A stretch of 64,000 nucleotides of DNA from an uncultured SAR86 cluster bacterium (GTDB lineage Bacteria; Pseudomonadota; Gammaproteobacteria; Magnimaribacterales; AG-339-G14), in contig CACJUN010000001.1 of the NCBI GenBank assembly GCA_902596665.1, positions 541,083 through 605,082 on the forward strand, written 5' to 3'. Made by a program: the position numbers and the translations under genes. This document shows, piece by piece, positions 52,659 through 61,629 of the stretch (its first letter is position 1; each line of letters starts with the position of its first letter). Below the pieces are notes generated by a model, which made no database searches, was not told where the DNA came from, and saw only the letters and a program-made list of their open reading frames with translations.

Positions 52659-53510
52659 TTAGTCCTTCTTTAGATTTTCAATAGATACAGCCCAGCCAAG
52701 CTTGGTTCTACATGCTTCAAAGTAATTATAATCTTTTGGATGATAAAGTTTAAAAGTTTTTTTTGTATTAGATACCTTTAATCCATCTTTTTTATATTTT
52801 ATATTTTTCTTTCCGTCTACAAACAATTGAATGCTTGATAAGTTTTTACTTAATATTTTAACTTGTATCTCTTCTTTGCTAGATAAAAGTAAGCTATGTG
52901 AAGAAGAGCTGTGAGAGAACATAGGTAGTAAAGAAAGAGCGTCTAGTTTAGGGGATACTATAGGTCCTCCCCCAGAATAAGAGTAAGCAGTGGAGCCTGT
53001 GCTAGTTGAAATTATTAGACCATCTGCCCTTATGTTATAAATTACTTGATCTTGAATGCTTAATTCAAGTTCCAACATTTTAGTGACTGATCCCGAATGA
53101 ATTACAACTTCGTTCAAAAAAATATCTTTTTTTGAATTGTCTGAAAAAGTCTCGAATACAGGACGATCCTCTTTTATATATTTGCCATTTAAAATTTCTT
53201 TTAGTCTTTCAATTTTGTTTATTGATAAATCTGTTAAAAATCCAACAGTTCCAAGATTAATTCCTAAAAAAGGGATCTTTAAATCATAAAGACTTCTAAT
53301 AGAACCTATCATTGTTCCATCGCCACCAAGGACCAAGATTAAATCTGAAGTAGATACTTTATTTTTAAAAACTTTATTTAGCTTTTTTATATTTTCTGAA
53401 GCAACTAACTCAGAGCCTGAGTCTTTAATTATTTTTTTTACGACACTCAACATCTTATCGGTGCTTCTGGTGCCAGAAAAAACTATAGAAATTTTATTAA
53501 TTTTTTTCAT
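52659..53510 (-). CDS. nadK: NAD(+) kinase
   Basis: VLGGDGTM; GINLGTVGFLTD; FLNEVVI; ADGLIISTSTGSTAYSYSGGGP. Confidence 0.95.
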   Translation of the reverse strand: MKKINKISIVFSGTRSTDKMLSVVKKIIKDSGSELVASENIKKLNKVFKNKVSTSDLILVLGGDGTMIGSIRSLYDLKIPFLGINLGTVGFLTDLSINKIERLKEILNGKYIKEDRPVFETFSDNSKKDIFLNEVVIHSGSVTKMLELELSIQDQVIYNIRADGLIISTSTGSTAYSYSGGGPIVSPKLDALSLLPMFSHSSSSHSLLLSSKEEIQVKILSKNLSSIQLFVDGKKNIKYKKDGLKVSNTKKTFKLYHPKDYNYFEACRTKLGWAVSIENLKKD

Positions 53511-54231
53511 AAGTTGGCGTCCAATTTCTTACAAAATATATGAATAATGTATCTATTATCGCAATAATTACCTTAAAAATGTACTTGGTTAAAGCTATTG
53601 ATAAAGCAACGAAGAAGCTTAATTCACCAGCTAAAACCCATACAAAGGTATAAATAAAAGTATCCAGGGCTTGAGAAGAAATTGTTGATAAATTATTTCT
53701 CAGCCATAAGTACCTCCCATTTGTTATCTGTTTTAATTTGTTAAATAACCAGACATCAAAAGTTTGACTTATAAGGTAAGCAGTAATTGATCCAATTACA
53801 AAAATTGGAGAGTAAAAAGCTAAGGTTTCTATTGCCTCATGAACTGATTGCGAAGATGTTGCTATGCTTGAAGGAAGATAATAAGTACTTAGAACTAAAG
53901 TAAACATTATTACAATATTTGAGACAGCCCCAAGTATAACTGCAGTATTTGCCTCAGTTCTTCCATATTTTTCACTTATTAAATCAGTAGCAAAATATAT
54001 GCCTGAATACATAATAGCTCCCATGCTTACTGTAAAAGTTTGGCCAAAAAGTGATAAATCGCTTACTTTACCTCCCTGCAAGTTTGCAAGCATAATTCCT
54101 AAAGTAACAGCAATATAAAGTCCTCTTAAGCCAAATAATTTAAATAAAATAACAGTTATTGTGAGGTCATAAAAAACTGTGAAAATCCATAAAAATTCTG
54201 GATTTTGTCCTAGAAATGAAAAAAAATTCAT
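53497..54231 (-). CDS. Queuosine precursor transporter (YhhQ/VUT family)
   Basis: YFATDLISEKYG; GSITAYLISQTFDVWLF; LWLRNNLSTISSQALDTFIY. Confidence 0.88.
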   Translation of the reverse strand: MNFFSFLGQNPEFLWIFTVFYDLTITVILFKLFGLRGLYIAVTLGIMLANLQGGKVSDLSLFGQTFTVSMGAIMYSGIYFATDLISEKYGRTEANTAVILGAVSNIVIMFTLVLSTYYLPSSIATSSQSVHEAIETLAFYSPIFVIGSITAYLISQTFDVWLFNKLKQITNGRYLWLRNNLSTISSQALDTFIYTFVWVLAGELSFFVALSIALTKYIFKVIIAIIDTLFIYFVRNWTPTYEKN

Positions 54232-54300
54232 AAACTTATTATTGTTAGCTTGCGTAGCATAGATTATTCTAAGTGTTTGTACATATAAAAAGAGGTACTT

Positions 54301-55522
54301 ATGTCAGATTTAAATGCTTTTAGAGATGAAACAAGGGATTGGTTAGAAGCAAACTGTCCAGAATCCATGAGAACTCCAATGTCTCAAGGCGATGTTGTTT
54401 GGGGGGGGGCGAAAAGTTGAATTTAAAGATCCAGATCAAAAGTTATGGATGGATAGAATGGGTGAAAAAGGTTGGACTTGTCCTACCTGGCCTAAGGAGT
54501 ACGGTGGTGGCGGACTAAATTTTGAAGAAAATAAAGTTCTTCAAGAAGAGTTGATGAGAATCAAAGCAAGGCCTGCATTAAATAGTTTTGGTATTTGGAT
54601 GTTAGGTCCTGCTCTTCTTGAATACGGTACCGAAGAACAAAAAATGGAACATATTCCAAAAATAGTCAAAGGTGAAATAAGATGGTGCCAAGGTTACAGC
54701 GAACCAGGTAGTGGATCTGATTTGGCTAGTCTTAAAACAAAAGCTGAAGATCAGGGTGAAGAATACTTGATAAACGGTCAAAAAGTTTGGACTTCATACG
54801 CTGATGAATGCGATATGATTTTTACCCTTGTAAGAACAGGTCCATTGGAGCCTAAACATGAAGGAATAAGTTTTCTCCTTATAGATATGGATCAGGAAGG
54901 TGTAACCACTAAACCAATCAAGTTGATATCTGGCAAATCACCTTTTTGTGAAACTTTTTTTGATAATGCTACAGCCCCTAAAGAAAATCTTGTTGGAGGT
55001 TTAAACAAAGGATGGTCTGTAGCTAAAAGATTGCTTCAATTTGAAAGAAATATGATTGCTGGCATGGGTTTTGGTTCAGCAGCATCCGGATCTTCTAAGA
55101 AAACAGATGCAAAACCAACTTCCGGCTTGGCAACAATGGCTAAGAGATATGTTGGTGAAAAGGAAGATAAACTCAATGATTCTGGCTTGAGAAATAAAAT
55201 CATTGATCACGATATGAACTCTCAAGCATTTGCACTTACTTTGAGAAGAGCTGCCGAAGAATCAAAAAAATCTAATCAAGGTCCGAGTGCTGCTTCATCT
55301 ATCTTTAAATATTATGGGACAGAGCATAATAAACTTAGATATGAAATTATGCTTGAAGCTATGGGAACTAAGGCTTTAGGTTGGGATGGTGCTGAATTTG
55401 GTCCTGAAGAGCTTGCAATCACAAGAGAATGGCTAAGAACTAAGGCTAACTCTATAGAAGGTGGAACCTCAGAAGTACAATTAAATGTTATTTCTAAGAG
55501 AGTTCTAGAACTTCCGCAATAA
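54301..55522 (+). pseudogene. Acyl-CoA dehydrogenase (PimD/ChsE-type subunit), frameshifted at a G9 tract as given
   Basis: ATG 54301 with SD AGAGGT reads MSDLNAFRDETRDWLEANCPESMR..DVVW. The G9 run (54401-54409) then leads to TGA at 54418. Removing one G joins the downstream frame (WGGRKVEF..WCQGYSEPGSGSDLASL..INGQKVWTS..FER..GGTSEVQ), about 406 aa. Confidence 0.85.
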
Positions 55523-55542
55523 GACACTGTTAAGGGGGAAAA

Positions 55543-56664
55543 ATGTCACTTGTATTAAATGAGGAACAATCTTATTTGAAGGATACTGCAAGAGATTTTG
55601 CAAAAAACAAAACTCCGGTCAGTCACTTCAGAGGTGTTAGAGACTCAGAAAATCCTGAGTGCTTTGATCGTGAAATTTGGAAGGAAATGGCCAACCTGGG
55701 TTGGTCGGGAATCTTAATTCCAGAAGAATATGGCGGTTCAGATTTTGGAGTTGCTGGAATAGGTGTTATTTTTGAAGAGCTCGGTAGAACTCTAACTCCC
55801 TCTCCAATGTTTTCTACTGCTGTTGTTTGTGCAAGCTTGATCAAAGAGGCTGGCAATGAAGATCAAAAAAAAGATTATCTAACTAAAATAGCATCTGGAG
55901 ATATAACGCTTTCTTTTGCCTTAGAAGAGTCAAGTAGACACTCTCCCACTAATCTTGAAACAACAGCAAAAAAGGATGGAGATTCATACATTATAAATGG
56001 ACAAAAGACATTTGTTCTTGATGGCGGTTTTGCTGACTTTTTAATAATTGCTGCTGATACTGGCAAAGGTACCTCTCTTTTTATTACCAATAAAGATGCT
56101 AAGGGAATTGATATTAAAGTAACGCCCATGGTGGACTCAAGAAATGCTGCCAATATCACCTTCAAAGATTTAAAGCTCTCTTCATCTGATCTGATTGGCG
56201 AAGAAAGTGGCTCAGATCAAATTATCGAAGAAGTATTAGATATCTCAAGATCGGTGATTTCTGCTGAGATGTTTGGAGGAATCCAAGAGGCTTTTGACGT
56301 GACATTGAATTACTTAAAAGAAAGAGATCAATTCGGAGCAAAGATAGGCTCCTTTCAAGCTTTACAGCACAGAGCAGCGATCATGTTCAGTGAAATTGAG
56401 CTATGTAAATCATGCGTATTGGAATCCTTAACGTCATTTGATGAAGGTTCAAACGATATACCTAGATTAGCTAGTTTAGCTAAGGCAAAAATAGGTGAAG
56501 TATTTCATTTAGTATCTAATGAAGCAGTTCAAATGCATGGTGGTATAGGTGTTACGGATGAATACGATATCGGTTTTTATCTCAAAAGAGCTAGAGTGGC
56601 TGAGCAGATATTTGGTAACGTTCAATTTCATAAAGATAGATACGCTGAATTGACAGGTTATTGA
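55543..56664 (+). CDS. Acyl-CoA dehydrogenase family protein (partner subunit, PimC/ChsE-type)
   Basis: LGWSGILIPEEYGG; FALEE; INGQKTFV; RDQFGAKIGSFQALQHR; AVQMHGGIGVTDEYD. Confidence 0.92.
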   Translation: MSLVLNEEQSYLKDTARDFAKNKTPVSHFRGVRDSENPECFDREIWKEMANLGWSGILIPEEYGGSDFGVAGIGVIFEELGRTLTPSPMFSTAVVCASLIKEAGNEDQKKDYLTKIASGDITLSFALEESSRHSPTNLETTAKKDGDSYIINGQKTFVLDGGFADFLIIAADTGKGTSLFITNKDAKGIDIKVTPMVDSRNAANITFKDLKLSSSDLIGEESGSDQIIEEVLDISRSVISAEMFGGIQEAFDVTLNYLKERDQFGAKIGSFQALQHRAAIMFSEIELCKSCVLESLTSFDEGSNDIPRLASLAKAKIGEVFHLVSNEAVQMHGGIGVTDEYDIGFYLKRARVAEQIFGNVQFHKDRYAELTGY

Positions 56665-57050
56665 TGGCAAACATTGAAGATGTAAGTCATCTCTTGAAAG
56701 TCATGAAACAACTTAGAGATCCTGTTAAGGGATGCGCTTGGGATCTTGAACAAGATCATTCATCTCTTATTCCATACCTTGAAGAAGAATCACAGGAATT
56801 AATAAAAGCTATTGAGTCTAATGATTCAGATAATATTAAGGAAGAACTTGGGGATGTCCTTCTTCAAGTAATTTTTCACTCTCAAATAGCAAATGAGAAT
56901 AAGGAATTTGACTTCTTTGATGTGGTTGAGGGTCTTAAACAAAAGTTAATCAGGAGGCATCCTTTCGTTTTTGATAAAAGTAAGAAACATACCAAAGAGG
57001 AACAGACGGCTATGTGGAAAAAAATTAAGAGGGCAGAAAAAGGAGGATAA
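56664..57050 (+). CDS. mazG: Single-domain MazG nucleoside triphosphate pyrophosphohydrolase
   Basis: LRDPVKGCAWDLEQ; EESQE; KEELGDVLLQVIFHS; KLIRRHP. ATG overlaps the upstream TGA. Confidence 0.88.
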   Translation: MANIEDVSHLLKVMKQLRDPVKGCAWDLEQDHSSLIPYLEEESQELIKAIESNDSDNIKEELGDVLLQVIFHSQIANENKEFDFFDVVEGLKQKLIRRHPFVFDKSKKHTKEEQTAMWKKIKRAEKGG

Positions 57051-57051
57051 G

Positions 57052-57924
57052 ATTTCACATATTAAAGCCGTATTTTGTTTTCTTCTTTTATGCATCAACA
57101 CAGCTACTCTCTCGATTTTCTTAATCTTTGCTGGCATCATTAAAATTGTTCTCCCAATTCAGTCTTTAAAACTTCTTCTGACACGCTTCATAATCAAAGT
57201 TGGTGAATTATGGATTGACATAAATAACCTTTGGATTCAATTTATTTTAAAACCTAGATGGAACGTTGAAGGCTTTGAGGAAATGGATAAAAGATCCTGG
57301 TATCTATCGTTATCTAATCATCAATCTTGGGCTGATATATTTATTGTCCAAATGATTACAAATAGAAAAGTTCCTATGCTTAAATTTTTTATGAAATTTG
57401 TCCTTATTTACGTTCCTGTTATCGGAATATGTTGGTGGGCATTGGATATGCCATTTCTTAAAAGATATACAAAAGATCAGCTAGAAAGAAATCCTTCTCT
57501 TAGAGGCAAAGACTTTGCATCCATGAAGAGATCTTTTAAAAAGTATAGTCTTTATCCGATCTCTGTTTTTAGTTTTACCGAAGGTACAAGATTCACAGAA
57601 CAAAAGCATAAAGATCAGAATAGTCCCTTCAATAATCTACTTAAACCCAAAGAAGGAGGATTGGCTGCTGCAATATCAACAATGCCAAGACTCGATAAGA
57701 TTATTGACTTCACAATTATTTACGAATCAAAAAAAAGGAGCTTCTGGGATTTCTTGAGGGGAAATATGAACAATGCACGAATATTTGTGCAGTCATTGGA
57801 TATTCCTGATAAATTCAAAAGTGATCAACTTCATGAAAATGATGGACTAAGAAAAGAATTTAAAGATTGGCTCAATGAAATATGGCACAAAAAAGATAAA
57901 CTAATAAATGAAAATAAATTTTAA
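57052..57924 (+). CDS. Acyltransferase (YihG/PlsC-like); start codon uncertain
   Basis: LSNHQSWADI; PMLKFFMK; WWALDMPFLKRY; FTEGTRFT; LLKPKEGG. No in-frame ATG/GTG/TTG lies between the TTG at 56971 and an internal ATG near 57283. Confidence 0.85.
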   Translation: MSHIKAVFCFLLLCINTATLSIFLIFAGIIKIVLPIQSLKLLLTRFIIKVGELWIDINNLWIQFILKPRWNVEGFEEMDKRSWYLSLSNHQSWADIFIVQMITNRKVPMLKFFMKFVLIYVPVIGICWWALDMPFLKRYTKDQLERNPSLRGKDFASMKRSFKKYSLYPISVFSFTEGTRFTEQKHKDQNSPFNNLLKPKEGGLAAAISTMPRLDKIIDFTIIYESKKRSFWDFLRGNMNNARIFVQSLDIPDKFKSDQLHENDGLRKEFKDWLNEIWHKKDKLINENKF

Positions 57925-57926
57925 AT

Positions 57927-59975
57927 ATGGTTCTTGAGCGATTATTAGTTTTTACTGCTTTTTTTCTTACTGCAATACTACCAGCATCTGCGCAGGAAAA
58001 ATCTTCTCTATACATTGATACTTTGAATGAAGTTGACAAGATCCTTGGCGAACATCACTTTTTTAAAAATACCACTTTTGAAAACTCTGACGTCATAGAG
58101 GAATTAATTTCAAATATAGATCAACAAAATTTGATTTTTACCAATGAGGAGGTTGATAACTTCATTTCCTTATCTAAAACCAATTTTGATCTCGGTGATG
58201 AAGAATTATTAGAGATTGGTTTTGATATTCTTAATGATTACAAAATACGCTACAGAGCTCTTCTATCCCATCAAAGTCAATATATAAAAGAGCTTAATGA
58301 GATTGATTTATTTAGCTCGGAAAGAATTCACAGAAATAGAAAGGATCAAGAAAGATTTAATGCTCTTTCGATGATAAAAAATTATTATGAATCTTTGGCT
58401 AAGAGTGAATTAATTTCAATAATGATTAAGGAAGAAGAATTTAAAAAATCAGTCAATAAACTTCAGAAAAGATTAAATAGAAGATTAAAAAATCTAGAGC
58501 AGCTGACTGAAGATGATTTATTTTCTTGGATAATGAATTCAAAAACTTCCTTATATGATCCGCATTCAAATTATATGTCTCCAAGGGTGACAGAAGATTT
58601 TGAGATCAACATGAGTTTATCTCTAGAGGGCATTGGTGCGATGCTTACCTCAGATGATGGAATTACCAAAATCACAAAACTTATAAAAGGAGGTCCTGCA
58701 ATCAAGTCAGGATTAATAAAGAATAATGATCAAATTGTGGGAGTTGGCACAAGAGAAGACAGTCAAATAGTTGATGTAAGAGATTGGAGAGTAGATGAAG
58801 TAGTAAAACTTATAAGAGGGCCTAAAGGAACAATAGTAAAATTAGAAATTCTTCCATCTTCTTCTCCTGCTGAAGCGGATGGGAAAGTTATTGAAATCAG
58901 AAGAGATCTTGTGAAATTAGAAGATCAAGCTGCTAAAAAACAAATTATTGAGGTCAATGATATTGAAAAATCTTATAAGTTTGGAGTTATCGACTTGCCT
59001 GCTTTCTATATGGACTTTGAGGGATATCAGAAAAATAGGTTTAATTATCGTAGCGCAACAAGAGATGTTAAAAAACTTATTAAGGAAATTGATAATGAAA
59101 ATTCTGATGGTGTGATTCTAGACCTAAGAGGTAATGGAGGAGGATCTTTATATGAGGCCTACAGCCTTGCAAAAATTTTTCTAGGAAGAGGCAATGTACT
59201 TCAGGTGATGACTTCAAATGGCTCCATATACCCTCTAGGTCACTCTATTGGTATCCAAAACTACTCAGGGCCGGTGTTAATATTAGTTGATAAAATGTCT
59301 GCTTCAGCATCAGAGATATTAGCAGGCGCAATTCAAGATTACGGAAGAGGTTTGGTTGTTGGAAGTCAGACATTTGGCAAAGGTACTGTGCAAAGATTGA
59401 GAGAACTGCCTTATGGACAACTTAAGTATACTGAGCAAAAATTCTATCGAGTTACTGGGGAAAGTACTCAAAATAAAGGCGTCACTCCTGATATTGAATT
59501 GCCTTTTGTTTTTAATAGCCAAGAAGTTGGGGAAAGTTCTTATGATAATTCTCTTGAAGAAGATTTCATAAAACCTCTTAGGGTGACAGACTTCAGGCAA
59601 GTTAAAAACATTAAAAGAACAGATACAAACTCAAAAAATAGGAATAACGCTAATTTTTTGACTTCTTACATTGGTAAGAAAAACAGTCTTTCTGAGGATA
59701 GAGATTCAAGAGAATTTATTGATCTTGATCTGGCTAAGAGAATTGATGAGCAAAATGAATACGAAAGTAATCTATTATCTCTAGAAAATGAGTTAAGAAG
59801 AAACTTGGACTTACAGCCATTTAAAAATTTTGATGAATATTTGGATGCAGATGATGAAGAGAGAAATAAGAAATTTAATGATCTAGTTCTCAAGGAAGCA
59901 GCTAAGATTTTAATAGACCAAATAGAGTTTAATGCTGATCAAAGCACTAACTTATTAACAGTAAATTCTAACTAA
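57927..59975 (+). CDS. prc: Tail-specific (carboxy-terminal processing) protease, S41
   Basis: YDPHSNY; LEGIGAML; PDZ domain; ILDLRGNGGGSL; SASASEILAGAIQDYGRG; TFGKGTVQ. Confidence 0.93.
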   Translation: MVLERLLVFTAFFLTAILPASAQEKSSLYIDTLNEVDKILGEHHFFKNTTFENSDVIEELISNIDQQNLIFTNEEVDNFISLSKTNFDLGDEELLEIGFDILNDYKIRYRALLSHQSQYIKELNEIDLFSSERIHRNRKDQERFNALSMIKNYYESLAKSELISIMIKEEEFKKSVNKLQKRLNRRLKNLEQLTEDDLFSWIMNSKTSLYDPHSNYMSPRVTEDFEINMSLSLEGIGAMLTSDDGITKITKLIKGGPAIKSGLIKNNDQIVGVGTREDSQIVDVRDWRVDEVVKLIRGPKGTIVKLEILPSSSPAEADGKVIEIRRDLVKLEDQAAKKQIIEVNDIEKSYKFGVIDLPAFYMDFEGYQKNRFNYRSATRDVKKLIKEIDNENSDGVILDLRGNGGGSLYEAYSLAKIFLGRGNVLQVMTSNGSIYPLGHSIGIQNYSGPVLILVDKMSASASEILAGAIQDYGRGLVVGSQTFGKGTVQRLRELPYGQLKYTEQKFYRVTGESTQNKGVTPDIELPFVFNSQEVGESSYDNSLEEDFIKPLRVTDFRQVKNIKRTDTNSKNRNNANFLTSYIGKKNSLSEDRDSREFIDLDLAKRIDEQNEYESNLLSLENELRRNLDLQPFKNFDEYLDADDEERNKKFNDLVLKEAAKILIDQIEFNADQSTNLLTVNSN

Positions 59976-59976
59976 A

Positions 59977-60789
59977 TTGAAAATAGTATCTTTTAACGTC
60001 AATGGAATTAGAGCCAGAATTCATCAACTGGAAAAATTAATAGATAAGCACTCTCCAGATATTATTGGTCTCCAAGAAACCAAAGTTGATAATGAAAATT
60101 TTCCACTAGAGACTATTAAAAATTTTGGCTATGAAGTGATCATTAATGGTCAAAAAGGTCATTACGGAGTTTGCTTGATGTCCAGAAATAAACCTATAAA
60201 TCATGGCATTGGAATGCCAACAGATCCTGAGGATGCTCAATGCAGACTTGTATGGCTAGAATATAAGACAAAAAAAGGTCCCCTGTTTGTATTCAATGGA
60301 TATTTTCCTCAAGGAGAAAGCAGAGATCATCCGATTAAATTCCCCTACAAAGAAAAATTTTATAAAGATCTCATAACTTATCTTAAAAAAGATTTTGATC
60401 CTGAAAGTCATTTAATTGTAATGGGAGATCTTAATATTTCACCTGAAGATATTGATATTGGAATTGGAGAAAATAATAGAAAAAGATGGCTGCAGACTGG
60501 AAAGTGCAGTTTTCTTCCTGAAGAAAGAGAATGGCTAGAAAATTTGAAAGATTTTGGCTTATATGACTCCTACAGATGCCTCTATCCTGAGGAAAACAAC
60601 ACTTTTAGTTGGTTTGATTACAGAAGCAGGGGTTTCGATGACAATCCAAAAAGGGGTCTAAGAATTGATCACTTATGGATTACTAAAAGCTTAAAAGATT
60701 TAATTAGTTCATCTGAAATCGATTATGAAATTAGGGGAATGGAAAAACCTTCTGATCACGCACCAGTTTGGACAAAGTTTAATATTTAG
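59977..60789 (+). CDS. xthA: Exodeoxyribonuclease III
   Basis: SFNVNGIRAR; LQETK; NGYFPQGESRDH; MGDLNI; FSWFDYRS; GLRIDH; SDHAPVW. TTG start. Confidence 0.96.
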   Translation: MKIVSFNVNGIRARIHQLEKLIDKHSPDIIGLQETKVDNENFPLETIKNFGYEVIINGQKGHYGVCLMSRNKPINHGIGMPTDPEDAQCRLVWLEYKTKKGPLFVFNGYFPQGESRDHPIKFPYKEKFYKDLITYLKKDFDPESHLIVMGDLNISPEDIDIGIGENNRKRWLQTGKCSFLPEEREWLENLKDFGLYDSYRCLYPEENNTFSWFDYRSRGFDDNPKRGLRIDHLWITKSLKDLISSSEIDYEIRGMEKPSDHAPVWTKFNI

Positions 60790-61243
60790 ATCTTTTATCT
60801 TTAAAAAAGTTTTTAATTAGCTTTGAGCACTCTCTATCAAGTATCCCGGAACTGATATCTAACTTATGGTTCAACCATCCATTTTCATCTAAATTATTTC
60901 TTGAATTTATGAATCCTGTTTTTTCATCTGAGGTTGCGTACACCAACCTACTAATTCTTGCATGGATAATTGCGCCGGCACACATCATGCAAGGTTCAAG
61001 AGTCACATACAATGTTGTTCCTAAAAGGCGGTAATTATTAAGAACCTTTCCTGCCTCTTTCAAACATAAAATTTCTGCGTGAGCAGAAGGATCGTTTTTT
61101 GTGATTGATAAATTATGCGCTGCAGATAAAACTTCATTATTTTTAACTAATAAAGCCCCAACTGGCACTTCATCTTTTTCATAAGCTAAATTAGCTTGTT
61201 CAAGGGCTTTTTGCATAAAAAATGCATCCGAAAAACCTGCCAT
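60779..61243 (-). CDS. tadA: tRNA adenosine(34) deaminase
   Basis: FMQKAL..A..EVPVGA; DPSAHAEI; LYVTLEPCMMCAGAIIHARI. Confidence 0.94.
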   Translation of the reverse strand: MAGFSDAFFMQKALEQANLAYEKDEVPVGALLVKNNEVLSAAHNLSITKNDPSAHAEILCLKEAGKVLNNYRLLGTTLYVTLEPCMMCAGAIIHARISRLVYATSDEKTGFINSRNNLDENGWLNHKLDISSGILDRECSKLIKNFFKDKRSKY

Positions 61244-61629
61244 CAAGGAAATATTTTTTTAAGCTCTTTGAGAGAAATAAGCATCCCTTGATGAATTCCT
61301 TCGGCGAAGATCTCAGGTTCAATTTCTGTTGTCCAAGAGAATTCACAATTATCATTATCTAAAGAACTTATCTGTATGGTTGCTAAATGATGCTCGATTG
61401 GAGCAGGAGTTTGAATAGCAGAGTACTGAAAAATTTTATTATCGTGATCAATTTTTAAAATTTTTTCTTTTAGCTGTCCCATGCCCTCCATAGAGAAGGA
61501 TCTGACGTCCCCGTCTAAAGAAATCTCTTCAACGGTAGGCACCCAACTTGAATTTGTTGGATCAGAAATAATATCCCAAATCGCTTGTGCATTGACTGGA
61601 AAAATCTCTTTTTCTTTAATTATTTTCAT
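61243..61629 (-). CDS. SRPBCC (polyketide cyclase/START-like) family protein
   Basis: AQAIWDIISD...WVP; VRSFS..LKEKI..DH..FQYS; ATIQI..EFSWT pattern. Confidence 0.82.
   Translation of the reverse strand: MKIIKEKEIFPVNAQAIWDIISDPTNSSWVPTVEEISLDGDVRSFSMEGMGQLKEKILKIDHDNKIFQYSAIQTPAPIEHHLATIQISSLDNDNCEFSWTTEIEPEIFAEGIHQGMLISLKELKKIFP

Noticed and set aside
54232-54300. preQ1 riboswitch upstream of the queuosine precursor transporter
   Set aside because: No preQ1-I stem-loop with an A-rich tail could be matched in the 69-bp gap.
54392-55522. ORF-track start MLFGGG for the acyl-CoA dehydrogenase
   Set aside because: It has no SD and truncates the conserved N-terminus; it is a by-product of the G9 frameshift.
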